From: Spirochaetia bacterium
Lineage (GTDB): Bacteria; Spirochaetota; Spirochaetia; DSM-16054; Sediminispirochaetaceae
Length of the DNA stretch: 64,000 nucleotides
Assembly: GCA_034520965.1 (NCBI GenBank)
Contig: JAXHMY010000001.1
Coordinates: 96,001-160,000, forward strand
Direction of reading: 5' to 3'
Part shown: positions 31,275 to 41,981 of the stretch, piece after piece
Layout: every line of letters starts with the position of its first letter
How positions within the stretch are numbered: the stretch's first letter is position 1
The notes under the pieces: generated by a model
The model's database searches: none
Seen by the model: the letters and a program-made list of their open reading frames with translations, nothing else
What the model was told of the DNA's origin: nothing
Translations under genes and position numbers: made by a program

Positions 31275-33134
31275 ATGAAGAAGTTTATACTTATCTTTGC
31301 AGCTCTTATCGGCATTAGCCTGCTTATTCTGCTCGACAGGTACCAAGTCTCCGGATGGCAAGAGAAACGAGACCTGGCCCTTGCCAAGGAAGCCGGTATT
31401 ACCCAGGTCCGCCTGCAAAACGCCCTCACCTCACGCATAAACATAACCCAATATCTCAAAGCACTGGTGTATCTCCATTCTACTATACCTGAATCATCCG
31501 ATACTCATAAAGCCCTAAACGAAGAGGAATTCAAGCAGTTTGCCCAGAGTCTGCTGGAGCACAATCCGGCTCTGCGGGCACTGCAACTAACCGATAAAGA
31601 TACCCAGGTAATATATGTGTACCCGCCAAAAAATAACAAAATTACCATAACCGAGCCGATGCTGCTGATAAAAGACCCCCTGCGGGGTAAGTATGCACGC
31701 AAAGCTATCCGGGAGAAAAGAATGACCCTTCAACCGCCCTTTGAACTGCGGCAAGGGGGCCTGGGCATTGCAGCCCGTAACCCCGTGTTTGTGGACGACT
31801 CGTTTGTCGGATTGGCGATAGCGGTTATCGATGTTTTTGCAGTTATTGATGATACCTTTCCAGATGAAGTAAGTTCCACCTACAAGTTGAGCCTTATAGA
31901 TTCCGAGGGAAACCAATTTTATAACAAAATGGAGGAAGGTATTCCCACTGAGCGGAGAACTGTGTCTTTTGCCGATGCCCGTTGGACATTGCAAATGGCG
32001 TATAAAAACCCCGATGCCGCCCTGCCACTAGTATCAAGAATTATTGTGTTTTTATTTGGCGGAGGCTTTCTTTTTTTGTTACTGCTCAGCATTTGGGTAT
32101 TACGGAACCGCACAGAACTGTTAGGGAGGGAAGTCGCCAAAAGAACCGAGGAACTAAGTCAAAGCGAACAGCGCTTTAGAAGTATAATCGAAGATTCCGA
32201 GGCGGGATACTTTTTAATAGGTGCAGATGGAACATATAATGATGTAAACGAGGGCTGGCTTAAAATGCACGAATACTCCCACAAGGAGGAGATTCTAGGT
32301 AAACACTTTTCCCTTACCCAAGACCCAGAGGAGATTGAAGGGGCCGGCGAGCTTCTGCAGCCCCTTCTAAGGGGTGAGAGAATATCGACCAAAGAGTTTT
32401 CTAGAATCACACAGTCGGGGCAAAAGAAGTTCCACATGTGTGCCGCCCAGCGGGTGTATCAAAATGGAGAAATTGTCGGAGTTGAGGGCTTTCTGTTCGA
32501 CATTACCGACCGGAAAAAAACGGAGCAAGAAAAAACCTTACTTATGAATGAATTAAACCACCGGGTGAAGAATAACCTGTTAATGGTCAATTCCCTGGTG
32601 CGGCTCAAAGAGTCTGCCCTTGAGGGAACGGCGGACCTCTCGGATATTAGACATCAGATAGATGCCATCCGCATTGTACATGAGAAATTATATAAAACCG
32701 GTGAAATTACACATATCAATATGCGCGACTATATCCAGGACTTGCTTACTACTATTTTCTCATCCTTCTACTCTGAAGCTGTCACACTAGACAGCCAGGT
32801 TGAGAACTTTTATTTAAACACTAAAGACGCCGTTGCCCTGGGTTTGATTATAAATGAAATAGCTACAAACGCCATTAAATACGGTTTTTATACCGGAGAT
32901 AATGCCGGCCGGAAAGCCATGTTTAATGTACGCATGGTGAAGGATTTTGATACTAACGAATATATCCTCTCCCTCTCCAATAGCGGAAATCCCTTCCCGG
33001 AGGATATCAATTTCGAAAACGCTGAAACCCTCGGATTACGTTTAATCTCTATCCTTACACGCCAGTTAGACGGCACTGTGGAGCTGCAAAAAAACCCTCA
33101 ACCCCTATATACCATCCGGTTCCCCGTACCCTAG
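31275..33134 (+). CDS. CHASE-PAS sensor histidine kinase (HisKA_2)
   Basis: Two TM helices; PFELRQGG, ELNHRVKNNL and NEIATNAIKY motifs. Confidence 0.88.
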   Translation: MKKFILIFAALIGISLLILLDRYQVSGWQEKRDLALAKEAGITQVRLQNALTSRINITQYLKALVYLHSTIPESSDTHKALNEEEFKQFAQSLLEHNPALRALQLTDKDTQVIYVYPPKNNKITITEPMLLIKDPLRGKYARKAIREKRMTLQPPFELRQGGLGIAARNPVFVDDSFVGLAIAVIDVFAVIDDTFPDEVSSTYKLSLIDSEGNQFYNKMEEGIPTERRTVSFADARWTLQMAYKNPDAALPLVSRIIVFLFGGGFLFLLLLSIWVLRNRTELLGREVAKRTEELSQSEQRFRSIIEDSEAGYFLIGADGTYNDVNEGWLKMHEYSHKEEILGKHFSLTQDPEEIEGAGELLQPLLRGERISTKEFSRITQSGQKKFHMCAAQRVYQNGEIVGVEGFLFDITDRKKTEQEKTLLMNELNHRVKNNLLMVNSLVRLKESALEGTADLSDIRHQIDAIRIVHEKLYKTGEITHINMRDYIQDLLTTIFSSFYSEAVTLDSQVENFYLNTKDAVALGLIINEIATNAIKYGFYTGDNAGRKAMFNVRMVKDFDTNEYILSLSNSGNPFPEDINFENAETLGLRLISILTRQLDGTVELQKNPQPLYTIRFPVP

Positions 33135-33698
33135 GGCCTTCATTTCTTCTATCAATTTTTCTCGAGCCCGGCGCAGATAGGTTTTAACTGTATTTTCGGG
33201 AATATCCAGGGTGCGGCTGGTGTCTTTGACCGACAGGCCCTCTACCATTCGCAGTACAAACACCTCTTTTAGTTTCTGGTCGAGTTTGTTGAGGGCTCTC
33301 TGAGCCAGACGCTCCCCCTCCCTCTGTATTGCACTTGTATCGGGGGCAGTGTTTTTGTCGTCCCGGCGTATCGATTCGTTCAGACTCTCTTCATACGGAA
33401 TATCCGGCTCAGGCTTCCGGCTGTTTTTTCGATTAAGGCTGCGCAGATGGTTTACCGCGATGGCGTAAATCCAGGAATAAAAGCGACGGGAGGAATCAAA
33501 AGATGAGATGGATCGATAGGCCTTTACAAACACATCCTGCACCGCATCTTCGGCAGCTTCTTGATCACCGAGCATACGATAACAGAGGGAATAGAGTACC
33601 GGGGTATAACGGCGAACAATCCGTTGAAAAGCTTCAACCTGCCCCTGTTGTACGAGTTCTACGTCCTGTCCATCGCTGTAGTGCTGATCCTGCGCCAC
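33105..33698 (-). CDS. ECF RNA polymerase sigma factor
   Basis: AEDAVQDVF, FYSWIYAIAVN and TVKTYLRRAR motifs. Confidence 0.92.
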   Translation of the reverse strand: MAQDQHYSDGQDVELVQQGQVEAFQRIVRRYTPVLYSLCYRMLGDQEAAEDAVQDVFVKAYRSISSFDSSRRFYSWIYAIAVNHLRSLNRKNSRKPEPDIPYEESLNESIRRDDKNTAPDTSAIQREGERLAQRALNKLDQKLKEVFVLRMVEGLSVKDTSRTLDIPENTVKTYLRRAREKLIEEMKALGYGEPDGI

Positions 33699-34061
33699 CC
33701 TCGGTGTACCCTCCTATATCCTATAAGTACAACTATATAGCAACTGCCTAGGGGATTCAAAAAAGCACTGTAATTAAAATCTTGTTACGTTTCATACTAT
33801 TCCTCCTTTTGTACTAGAGATATACGCCGGCACAGGCTGGAGGTTTTAAATCTATTCAACAAAGCTGGGAACACGCCGACCCGCTCCTTACGCCGGCCGG
33901 CTACTGCCGTGGACAGCCAGGCTGCCCCGGTTTTGGGCCGTCTATGGGAAGAGCATTTTTATCAATAAAATAACCCGCACAGGACAAACCGCGTGCGGTG
34001 GCTTGGGGTATGGCGAGACTGTTAGAATTTTGTGTAGAACCTATGTTATATTTAGAGGAGC

Positions 34062-35231
34062 ATGAGTAAAGAAATCATATTGTTTGTAGATGATGAAGAA
34101 TCGATTCTGAAGGCCTTGAAGCGCGAGTTGTCGGCCTGGGCCAAAGGGCAGCAGGTAGAGCTTTTATTTTACTCCTCCGCCGAGAGCGCCATGGAAGTGA
34201 TAGAACGGCAGGGCGAGTATGTCGCTGTGGTGGTATCTGACCTCAAAATGCCGTCGATCGGCGGCACAGAGCTGCTTACCGAGGTCAAGGATCGACGACC
34301 GGAGATAAAAACAATTATTTTGAGCAGCTATTCAGATACCAACCAAATGATAAGAGCAATTGAAAGTGGAATTGCGGCTTTTATATTAAAACCCTGGGAG
34401 AGCGATAAGCTGATAAACCGGGTCGAGAAGGCACTGAAAGGATATCGGCTGCAGAAAAATTACTCTGAATATGTACACATGCTCAACGAGGAGCTGCGCT
34501 GGGCGGGGGAGCTGCAGAAAAAGCTGCTTGAAACTGAGATCCCTTATTCTGATAAGATAGATTTTGCGGTAACCTACGAGCCGCTCCCCAATCTGCACTG
34601 TGGAGGAGATTATTACGACATTATTCCCTTCGACAAAGATCGCTACATAATTCTTATTGGGGATGTAGCCGGCCACGGGGTGAAGGCCGCCTTTATTACT
34701 ACCATGTTAAAAACTATGATCTACCGAGGCTACATCCGCCGGAGGGTCGGCAAAGAGTTCTCCCCGGCGGGCTTTCTTAGGTGGCTCAACTCGCAGGTGT
34801 GCGAACAACTGCAGGATTTTCCGGATATGCTGGTTACCTTTTTTGCACTGCTGATCGACCTCCCGCGCAGGAAGCTTGTCTACTCGAATGCCGGACATTT
34901 TCCGTTTTTTCTGATTCACCGGGACGGTTCAAGTACAAAATGCGGAGTGGAGGGGGCCGGAATGGGCTTCGAGGCCAACTTGCACTACGAAGAAGAGGAA
35001 CATGAGCTGAAGCCCCAGGATACCGCCGTTTTCTTTACCGACGGATTACTAGAATACCCCGGCCACCGCGAAAGTATTACCCTAGACAAGCTGGGGGAAA
35101 TTATTGCCGATAGCCAAACCGCTGCCGATCCGCACCGCAGGATTATTGAATCGGTTAAGGAGATAATGGGCTCCACCCAGGCCTACGATGATATTACCCT
35201 CCTGTCCTTTCATGCCGGGGAGTTCACATAG
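34062..35231 (+). CDS. Receiver + PP2C/SpoIIE phosphatase (RsbU-like)
   Basis: GGDYYD, GDVAGHG, NAGH, FTDGL and DDITL motifs. Confidence 0.92.
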   Translation: MSKEIILFVDDEESILKALKRELSAWAKGQQVELLFYSSAESAMEVIERQGEYVAVVVSDLKMPSIGGTELLTEVKDRRPEIKTIILSSYSDTNQMIRAIESGIAAFILKPWESDKLINRVEKALKGYRLQKNYSEYVHMLNEELRWAGELQKKLLETEIPYSDKIDFAVTYEPLPNLHCGGDYYDIIPFDKDRYIILIGDVAGHGVKAAFITTMLKTMIYRGYIRRRVGKEFSPAGFLRWLNSQVCEQLQDFPDMLVTFFALLIDLPRRKLVYSNAGHFPFFLIHRDGSSTKCGVEGAGMGFEANLHYEEEEHELKPQDTAVFFTDGLLEYPGHRESITLDKLGEIIADSQTAADPHRRIIESVKEIMGSTQAYDDITLLSFHAGEFT

Positions 35232-35302
35232 CGGGGCGGATGTGGTAGGGGCTATTCAATAACTTCAGAAATTGAATCGATAAAAGTAAAGTAGGAAGTA
35301 AT

Positions 35303-35455
35303 TCACTTTTCAAAGGGGAGGCCGGACTCATTGTCTAATTCACCGTACAAATGAAAGCAGAGTGATCTCCGGCTCGCTTCACAATACACGGCTTTTAAAC
35401 TGATCCTATGATCCTGAGCATTAAATGCTTCAATTTTTTTCAAGAGTGCTTCCAT
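35303..35455 (-). pseudogene. Possible STAS (anti-anti-sigma) fragment
   Basis: GAGG RBS; 50-aa ORF with LYGELDNESG; adjacent to the PP2C gene. Confidence 0.35.
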
Positions 35456-35495
35456 GCTTACCTCGTTTTTACTATCCCTACACTGCTGTCTCTGT

Positions 35496-35705
35496 TCAGA
35501 GGAGAAAGTCGGTCTGACTCATCAATTTTAATCCGCTGTGTAGAAGCTTGCTTTTCGCCTTAGAGATTTGATACAGAGTATCGGCTATATCGGGGTCGTA
35601 GAGGCTGTGCTTGTGCTGAGGATAGCCCTCATTTTCATCGTACTTAAAATAGGCGTTTGAGATGCCCTGCAGGAGTTGTATTTCTCTGTTGACTTCAGTT
35701 TCCAT
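35496..35705 (-). CDS. Small hypothetical protein
   Basis: 69-aa ORF filling an intergenic gap. Confidence 0.35.
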   Translation of the reverse strand: METEVNREIQLLQGISNAYFKYDENEGYPQHKHSLYDPDIADTLYQISKAKSKLLHSGLKLMSQTDFLL

Positions 35706-35760
35706 TACGTCATTTCTTACTCTATTTATAATTGCTATATCTATATAATGTCCAAAAAAT

Positions 35761-35782
35761 AAAATTAGGCTTGACTAATTTT
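35761..35782. promoter_or_regulatory. DtxR/SirR-like operator upstream of the iron ABC operon
   Basis: AAAATTAG-GCTTGA-CTAATTTT; core resembles TTAGGTTAACCTAA. Confidence 0.6.
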
Positions 35783-35831
35783 ATTGGATATACTAACTTT
35801 TAGACAACTTTGAATCTATAAGGAGAAGGAA

Positions 35832-36903
35832 ATGCGAATTTTTTTGCGGTTATTTATGACTTTTTTAATCACCCTTACTGTAAGCGTCACTCTCTCGGCG
35901 GGCGGACAGTCCGAAGCCGACAGTGACGGCAACAGCGGTTCCGGCAATGCCGGCGAGGTGAACGTATATTCACACCGTCATTACGAGATAGACAAGCAGC
36001 TGTTTACCGAGTTTACCGCACAAACCGGTATAAAGGTAAATGTAGTCAACGCCGATTCGGACGAGCTTATTCAACGCCTCAAGACTGAAGGAGAATTATC
36101 ACCGGCGGACCTTCTGATAACTGCCGATGTAGCCCGTCTGGTGCGGGCACAGGAGGAAGGACTGCTGCAAGCTATCGAAAACGAGACTCTGAAAGAGAGG
36201 ATTCCCGCCTACCTGCGCTCTCCGGATGGCTATTGGTTTGGTATGACAAAGCGCGCCAGGATAATTGTGTATCACACAGATCGTGTGGATCCGCAGCAGC
36301 TCAGCACCTATGAAGAGCTTACTTCAGAAAAATGGAACGGCAAAATAGCTATACGCAGTTCCGCAAACATCTACAACCAATCGCTTCTGGCATCGCTCAT
36401 TGCAAACCTGGGTGCCGACCAGGCGGAAGAGTGGGCAAAAGGTATCGTGCAGAATATGGCCCGCAGCCCCCAGGGGAACGACCGTGACCAAATGAAGGCG
36501 GTTGCCGCCGGACAGGCCGATATCGCGGTGGTAAACACTTATTATGTGGGACGAATGTTCAATTCCGATGATCCAGATGAGGTAGAGGTGGCACAACAGA
36601 TGGGAGTATTTTTTCCAAACCAGAAGGGCCGTGGGAGTCACATAAACATTAGCGGCGGGGGAGTTACCGCACATGCCCCCCACAGAGCAAATGCCGAGAA
36701 ACTGCTGGAGTTTCTTACCTCCGACACATCCCAACGCCTCTTTGCACAAGCTAACTATGAATACCCGGTTGTACCGGGAGTTTCGGAGGCGGAGATTGTC
36801 AAAAGCTGGGGCGAGTTTAAAGAGGACCGCCTGAACCTTTCAGAGCTTGGCAAGTTCAACAGCCAGGCGGTACGTATTTTTTGACCGCGTCGGCTGGAAA
36901 TAG
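35832..36903 (+). CDS. futA: Fe(III) ABC substrate-binding protein (FutA/FbpA), frameshift in the last codons
   Basis: VYSHRHY, YNQSL, GNDRDQ, NTYY and NYEYP motifs. Confidence 0.92.
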
Positions 36904-36918
36904 GAAAAGGGACTTATA

Positions 36919-38529
36919 ATGTCTAATCGCAGGGTTTGGCTTCTCATTTTGATACTGCTGACCCTGCTGTTTTTACTACCCTTTGCTGCTCTGTTGAGCG
37001 GTGTTTTTTCGTCCAGCGACAGCTGGGGGCATTTAAGCAGCACGGTTCTACCCCGCTACATCGGCAGCTCGTTGTTTCTGCTGCTGTTTTTCCTGTTCGG
37101 AGTATATAGCCTCGGAACTGTGACGGCCTGGATCATGACCCGCTACAGCTTTCCCATGAAACCGATATTTGAGGTAGCTCTTATCTTCCCCCATGCGGTG
37201 CCGATTTACATCTCCGCCTTTGCATACCGCGGGCTGTTTAATTACGGAGGCTTACTTCACCCGCTCATGCCGGACTTTTCCGGCCCCTGGGCGGCGGTAT
37301 TTCTTTTCATTTTCGGATTGTATACCTACGTGTACCTGGCCGCCCGGGCTATGCTGGCCACCTTCGGGGGGCAGTTTATTGATACTGCAATAATGCTGGG
37401 AAAGTCTGAGTGGGCTCTATTCCGCCGGGTAGCTCTGCCTTTGATGCGACCGGCCGCAGTGGGTGGAGCGGTTTTGGCAGGTGTGGAGGTGCTAAATGAA
37501 TATGGAGCCCTCAAATATTTGGGGGTTGAAAGCTTTACCACCGGTATTTTTCGTGCCTGGTTCTCGTTGGGAGACATCACCGCCGCTATTCGACTTTCTC
37601 TGCTCCTTCTGCTGACGGTTGGTATACTCCTCGCAGCAGAAAAACTGCAGCGAGGGAAGGCCGGCTTTGTCTCATCCGGACGCAACCCCTCCCCGGTGGT
37701 TCCCCTCAAAATACGGGGTGTAAAGGGCGCACTGATTACCGCGGTGTTGCTGCTGCCGGTTACTTTCGGCTTTTTTATTCCACTTTTACAATTGCTGCTC
37801 TGGACGGTAGATGCTCCCCTTCTGCAGCAGTGGACAGAATTAGCTGTAATTACCGCGGATACGCTGGTCCTCACCCTATCCGCCTCTTTTGCCGCCGTGA
37901 GCATTGCCCTGCTGCTGGGTTTCATTCCCCTACTGTTTAACGGTGGGGTTACCGGTTCGCTCGCCTCCCTGCCAAGCCTAGGCTATGCGGTGCCCGGGGC
38001 TGTTATAGCGATGGGAGTGATGAGGCTCTCGATCTCCGCCGATCTGGCGATCAACCATCTGTTTAACCCGCTTATTAGTCCCCTCCGCGGAGAGCCCCTG
38101 GGACTTATCTTCTCCGGAAGCCTGATAGTGCTCGCCGGCGCGTATCTTATTCGCTTTATTGCGGTAAGCTTTAAACCGATTGCCTCCGCCTATACATCAA
38201 TCGGCGGTGTATATGTCGACTCCGCCGCAACCATGGGACGCGGGCCTGTTCATAGTTTCTTTAAAATTTATTTACCCCTTATGAAACGGGCGAGTCTGTT
38301 TGCGGGAATCCTCTTTTTTCTGGATGCCATAAGGACGTTGCCCCTCACCATGATTCTGAGACCCTTTAATTACGACACTCTGGCCACCGTGACGTATGAA
38401 CTTGCCTCCGACGAGCGGCTCAAGGAAGCAGCCCCCTTCGGTCTGATTCTTGTGGCTCTTGGAGTGGGTGTCACCATCATTACCATGATGCTTTCAAAGG
38501 GAAAGCGAAAAGTAATCCAAGGAGCGTGA
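36919..38529 (+). CDS. futB: Fe(III) ABC permease
   Basis: GYAVPG and LRPFNYDTLA motifs; duplicated permease domain. Confidence 0.9.
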   Translation: MSNRRVWLLILILLTLLFLLPFAALLSGVFSSSDSWGHLSSTVLPRYIGSSLFLLLFFLFGVYSLGTVTAWIMTRYSFPMKPIFEVALIFPHAVPIYISAFAYRGLFNYGGLLHPLMPDFSGPWAAVFLFIFGLYTYVYLAARAMLATFGGQFIDTAIMLGKSEWALFRRVALPLMRPAAVGGAVLAGVEVLNEYGALKYLGVESFTTGIFRAWFSLGDITAAIRLSLLLLLTVGILLAAEKLQRGKAGFVSSGRNPSPVVPLKIRGVKGALITAVLLLPVTFGFFIPLLQLLLWTVDAPLLQQWTELAVITADTLVLTLSASFAAVSIALLLGFIPLLFNGGVTGSLASLPSLGYAVPGAVIAMGVMRLSISADLAINHLFNPLISPLRGEPLGLIFSGSLIVLAGAYLIRFIAVSFKPIASAYTSIGGVYVDSAATMGRGPVHSFFKIYLPLMKRASLFAGILFFLDAIRTLPLTMILRPFNYDTLATVTYELASDERLKEAAPFGLILVALGVGVTIITMMLSKGKRKVIQGA

Positions 38530-39605
38530 AAAGCATGGAACACAAAGAAATTCTAGAAGTACAGGGTCTGCACAAACATTTTGCAGGACGCGAGCAGCCG
38601 GCAGTCGAAAACCTCGACCTACAGCTTACTTCAGGAGAGATATATGCACTTGTCGGCGAGAGCGGATGCGGCAAAACCACCGCACTTAGGATGATTGCCG
38701 GCCTTTTAACCCCGGATGAGGGAAACATCCGCATCCGGGACCGTGAGGTATACAGTGGGGACTCCATGATACCCTGTGAACAGCGTAAGGTAGGGATGGT
38801 GTTTCAAAACGCATCCCTCTTTCCCCACCTGAGCCTGGAGAAGAATGTAATGTTTGGTCTGAAAGGCCCGGGACGTGCGAAACGCGCAAGGGCTCAACTT
38901 TTTCTAGAGCAGGTCGGTTTAGCCGAGCTCGGGAAAGCGTACCCCCACGAGCTCTCCGGAGGGCAGCAGCAGCGGGTAGCCCTGGCCAGAGCATTGGCAC
39001 TCGAGCCGGATCTTATTCTGCTGGATGAACCCTTCAGTAACTTGGATATCAGAATAAAAACGAAGGTAATCGAGCAGGTACGAACTATCCTCACCCAGGT
39101 TGATACAACCGCCTTACTGGTAACCCACGATATAAATGAGGCCTACCACCTGGCCGACAGGATCGGTGTGATGCGCGCCGGCAGTTTGATACAGCAGGGA
39201 AACCCCGCCGAGCTCTATCACTCTCCCGCCGACAGCTATGTCGCCGACTTTCTCGGTACTGCCAATGAGTTTGAGTTAGAAGAACTTCAGGCCATCTTCT
39301 CCACTTTGCCTACACATCCGTATGGAGCAGTAGATACTCCGGAATCCGGTACACAGGTAATTTTAAGACCGGAGGATATTGAACTAGTTCCTCTGTCCCA
39401 AGCCCAGCCCACGTCGGGTGAGTCAGTCGGAGGAAGAATTGAAGGGGTCACCTTTCTCGGAAACCGACGCGAATACTTGGTAAAGGTGGGCTCTGTAAAA
39501 ATGCGGGTCAGTACACCCTCACACTATGAAATTCCGACCGGCAGCTGGGTCCAGCTTACACTCAAACCTGAGGTACACCAGCATTTATTGCGGCGAGTAG
39601 TGTGA
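38526..39605 (+). CDS. fbpC: Fe(III) ABC ATPase
   Basis: GESGCGKT, LSGGQQQR and LDEPF motifs. Confidence 0.9.
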   Translation: MKSMEHKEILEVQGLHKHFAGREQPAVENLDLQLTSGEIYALVGESGCGKTTALRMIAGLLTPDEGNIRIRDREVYSGDSMIPCEQRKVGMVFQNASLFPHLSLEKNVMFGLKGPGRAKRARAQLFLEQVGLAELGKAYPHELSGGQQQRVALARALALEPDLILLDEPFSNLDIRIKTKVIEQVRTILTQVDTTALLVTHDINEAYHLADRIGVMRAGSLIQQGNPAELYHSPADSYVADFLGTANEFELEELQAIFSTLPTHPYGAVDTPESGTQVILRPEDIELVPLSQAQPTSGESVGGRIEGVTFLGNRREYLVKVGSVKMRVSTPSHYEIPTGSWVQLTLKPEVHQHLLRRVV

Positions 39606-39701
39606 GTTAGAGTAAATTTTGAAGCACTTTGAAATTTAAGAATCCCCGTGGTATGATATTGTGTACACCAGCAATAACAATAAGCAAGGGGATTCCAGCA
39701 A

Positions 39702-41963
39702 ATGAATAACGTGATAATTCATTCAGGCGAGGAAGCCGATCAGGATTTTATTCCGGCAGAGTTTTTACCCCAGGGAAAAGACGAATTCCATCTGCGAAGA
39801 GTTCAGAATCAACAGACTCCGGAAAAATGGCGCCGGCTTACAACCGGTGAAATAGAAATTCTTATCCACAACGGAAATAATGCCGAGAGTTGGGAACGTA
39901 TACTTGTTACCGACGAGTTCGACCCGCAGCGAATTCACAACAACAACTTTCGCGGACTGGTGAGGATAGGCCGCTTGCGAGATGTAATTTTAGAACATCA
40001 CGATCTGCAGCTGCCCAGCGGTATCCGCAACAGCTTTATCTGGGACTGTGACATTGGTGATGATACTGTTATTCACAACGTTCATTACCTGGCGCATTAC
40101 CTCATAGGCGACCGCTGCATATTGGCCAATATCGATGAGATGCATACCACGAACTATGCAAAATTCGGCAATGGAATCCTCAAGGACGGAGAACCGGAAG
40201 AGTCCCGGGTATGGCTGGACATAATGAACGAAACCGGAAGCCGCCAAGTGCTTCCCTTCGACGGCATGATTCCCGCCGATGCGTATATGTGGGCAAAGTA
40301 CCGGGATGATACAGCCCTACAGGCGAAGCTTAAAGAGCTTACCCAGTGCCGCTTCGATTCACAACGCGGCTATTACGGAACCGTCGGACAGCAGTCGGTA
40401 ATCAAGACATCACGGATACTCAAGGATGTGAAGGTTGGTGAACACTGTTATATAAAGGGTGTAAACAAGCTGAAAAATCTAACCATTAACTCTTCCGAAG
40501 ATGAACCGAGCCAAATCGGTGAAGGGGTTGAGTTGGTAAACGGAATCATCGGCTACGGCTGTCACATCTTCTACGGCTGTAAGGCCGTCCGCTTTATCCT
40601 GGGGGATAACTCCAACCTGAAATACGGAGCCCGGCTCATTAATTCATTTTTAGGGGACAATTCTACTATCTCCTGCTGTGAGGTGCTGAACAATCTCATT
40701 TTCCCGGCCCATGAGCAGCATCATAATAACTCCTTCTTGATTGCCTCGGTGGTAATGGGACAGAGTAACATTGCCGCCGGAGCTACTATCGGATCAAACC
40801 ATAACAGCAGGGCGAACGACAATGAGATCCAGGCGGGGCGAGGTTTCTGGCCGGGCTTATGTACCAGTCTAAAACACTCCAGCCGGTTTGCCTCTTTTGT
40901 GCTTTTAGCCAAGGGGCAGTACCCGGCGGAACTTAATATTCCCCTTCCCTTTGCATTGCTGAACAACAATACCACCGAAGGCCGTCTGGAGGTGCTGCCT
41001 GCCTATTGGTGGCGCCACAATATGTACGCCCTGGCCCGGAATGCCTGGAAGTTTCATACACGGGACAAACGGGCCCGCAAATTACAGAATATTGAGTTCG
41101 ATGCCTTTGCCCCCGATTCTGTGGAAGAAATTATTGAAGCCCGGCAACTGCTGCTGCAGAGGATCGGAGCCGCGGCTTTGGAAACAGAAGGAGAACCGCC
41201 TGAAGAAATTGCCCGCTCCAGCAATAAAAACCTCGACGGAAAGGGTAAGTTAAAGAACAGTGCGTTCGAGAACAGCGAATTAGCGCAGCGAGGCAAAGTT
41301 GTCGTCTCTGCCCACTCCGCCACCCCGGAGGAATTCGAGGTATTCGGCCTGAATATGGAAAAGTCCCGGCGGCCGGTGGTCATACGCAAAAGCGTGGAAG
41401 CCTACCACGCCTACGGAGAGATGCTGCTGTACTATGCAGTTAAGAACCTGATCAAATACCTCCAGGCTCATCCTGAGCAGAACTTCGACAGCATGAAGGA
41501 GGCTTTATCCGCGGAACGCCAAACCGAATGGGTCAATATCGGCGGACAGTTAATGCGAAGCCAAGACTTTGATAAACTGCGATCTGAAATCGGTTCGGGA
41601 TCGTTGAAAAGTTGGGATGAGATTCATGAAGAGTATGACCACTTATGGGAGGCATACCCTCTGGAGAAGCAGCGCCACGCCTTTGCAGTGCTGCAGCATA
41701 TGTACGATGACCGCGAGTTAAGCTCGGCACGACTGGAGACGGATGCACTGGAAAAATGCAAAACCATCCAAGAGTATGTACGAGATCAGGTGTACAGCTC
41801 GCGAAAAAAGGATTTCGAGAACCCATTTCGCCACGCAACTTACCGCAGTTTGGAGGAAATGACGGCCACTATCGGTACAATCGAAGATAATAGTTTTATC
41901 CAGCAGGTACGGGATGAGACCAATGAGCTTAACCACGTTATCGCACAATTACTAACATTCTAA
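39702..41963 (+). CDS. DUF4954-family protein (left-handed beta-helix region)
   Basis: Hexapeptide-like repeats, ISCCEVLNNLIFPAHEQHHNNSFL and GSNHNSR; family assigned from recall. Confidence 0.75.
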   Translation: MNNVIIHSGEEADQDFIPAEFLPQGKDEFHLRRVQNQQTPEKWRRLTTGEIEILIHNGNNAESWERILVTDEFDPQRIHNNNFRGLVRIGRLRDVILEHHDLQLPSGIRNSFIWDCDIGDDTVIHNVHYLAHYLIGDRCILANIDEMHTTNYAKFGNGILKDGEPEESRVWLDIMNETGSRQVLPFDGMIPADAYMWAKYRDDTALQAKLKELTQCRFDSQRGYYGTVGQQSVIKTSRILKDVKVGEHCYIKGVNKLKNLTINSSEDEPSQIGEGVELVNGIIGYGCHIFYGCKAVRFILGDNSNLKYGARLINSFLGDNSTISCCEVLNNLIFPAHEQHHNNSFLIASVVMGQSNIAAGATIGSNHNSRANDNEIQAGRGFWPGLCTSLKHSSRFASFVLLAKGQYPAELNIPLPFALLNNNTTEGRLEVLPAYWWRHNMYALARNAWKFHTRDKRARKLQNIEFDAFAPDSVEEIIEARQLLLQRIGAAALETEGEPPEEIARSSNKNLDGKGKLKNSAFENSELAQRGKVVVSAHSATPEEFEVFGLNMEKSRRPVVIRKSVEAYHAYGEMLLYYAVKNLIKYLQAHPEQNFDSMKEALSAERQTEWVNIGGQLMRSQDFDKLRSEIGSGSLKSWDEIHEEYDHLWEAYPLEKQRHAFAVLQHMYDDRELSSARLETDALEKCKTIQEYVRDQVYSSRKKDFENPFRHATYRSLEEMTATIGTIEDNSFIQQVRDETNELNHVIAQLLTF

Positions 41964-41981
41964 ACAGCATAGGAGAGAAAA

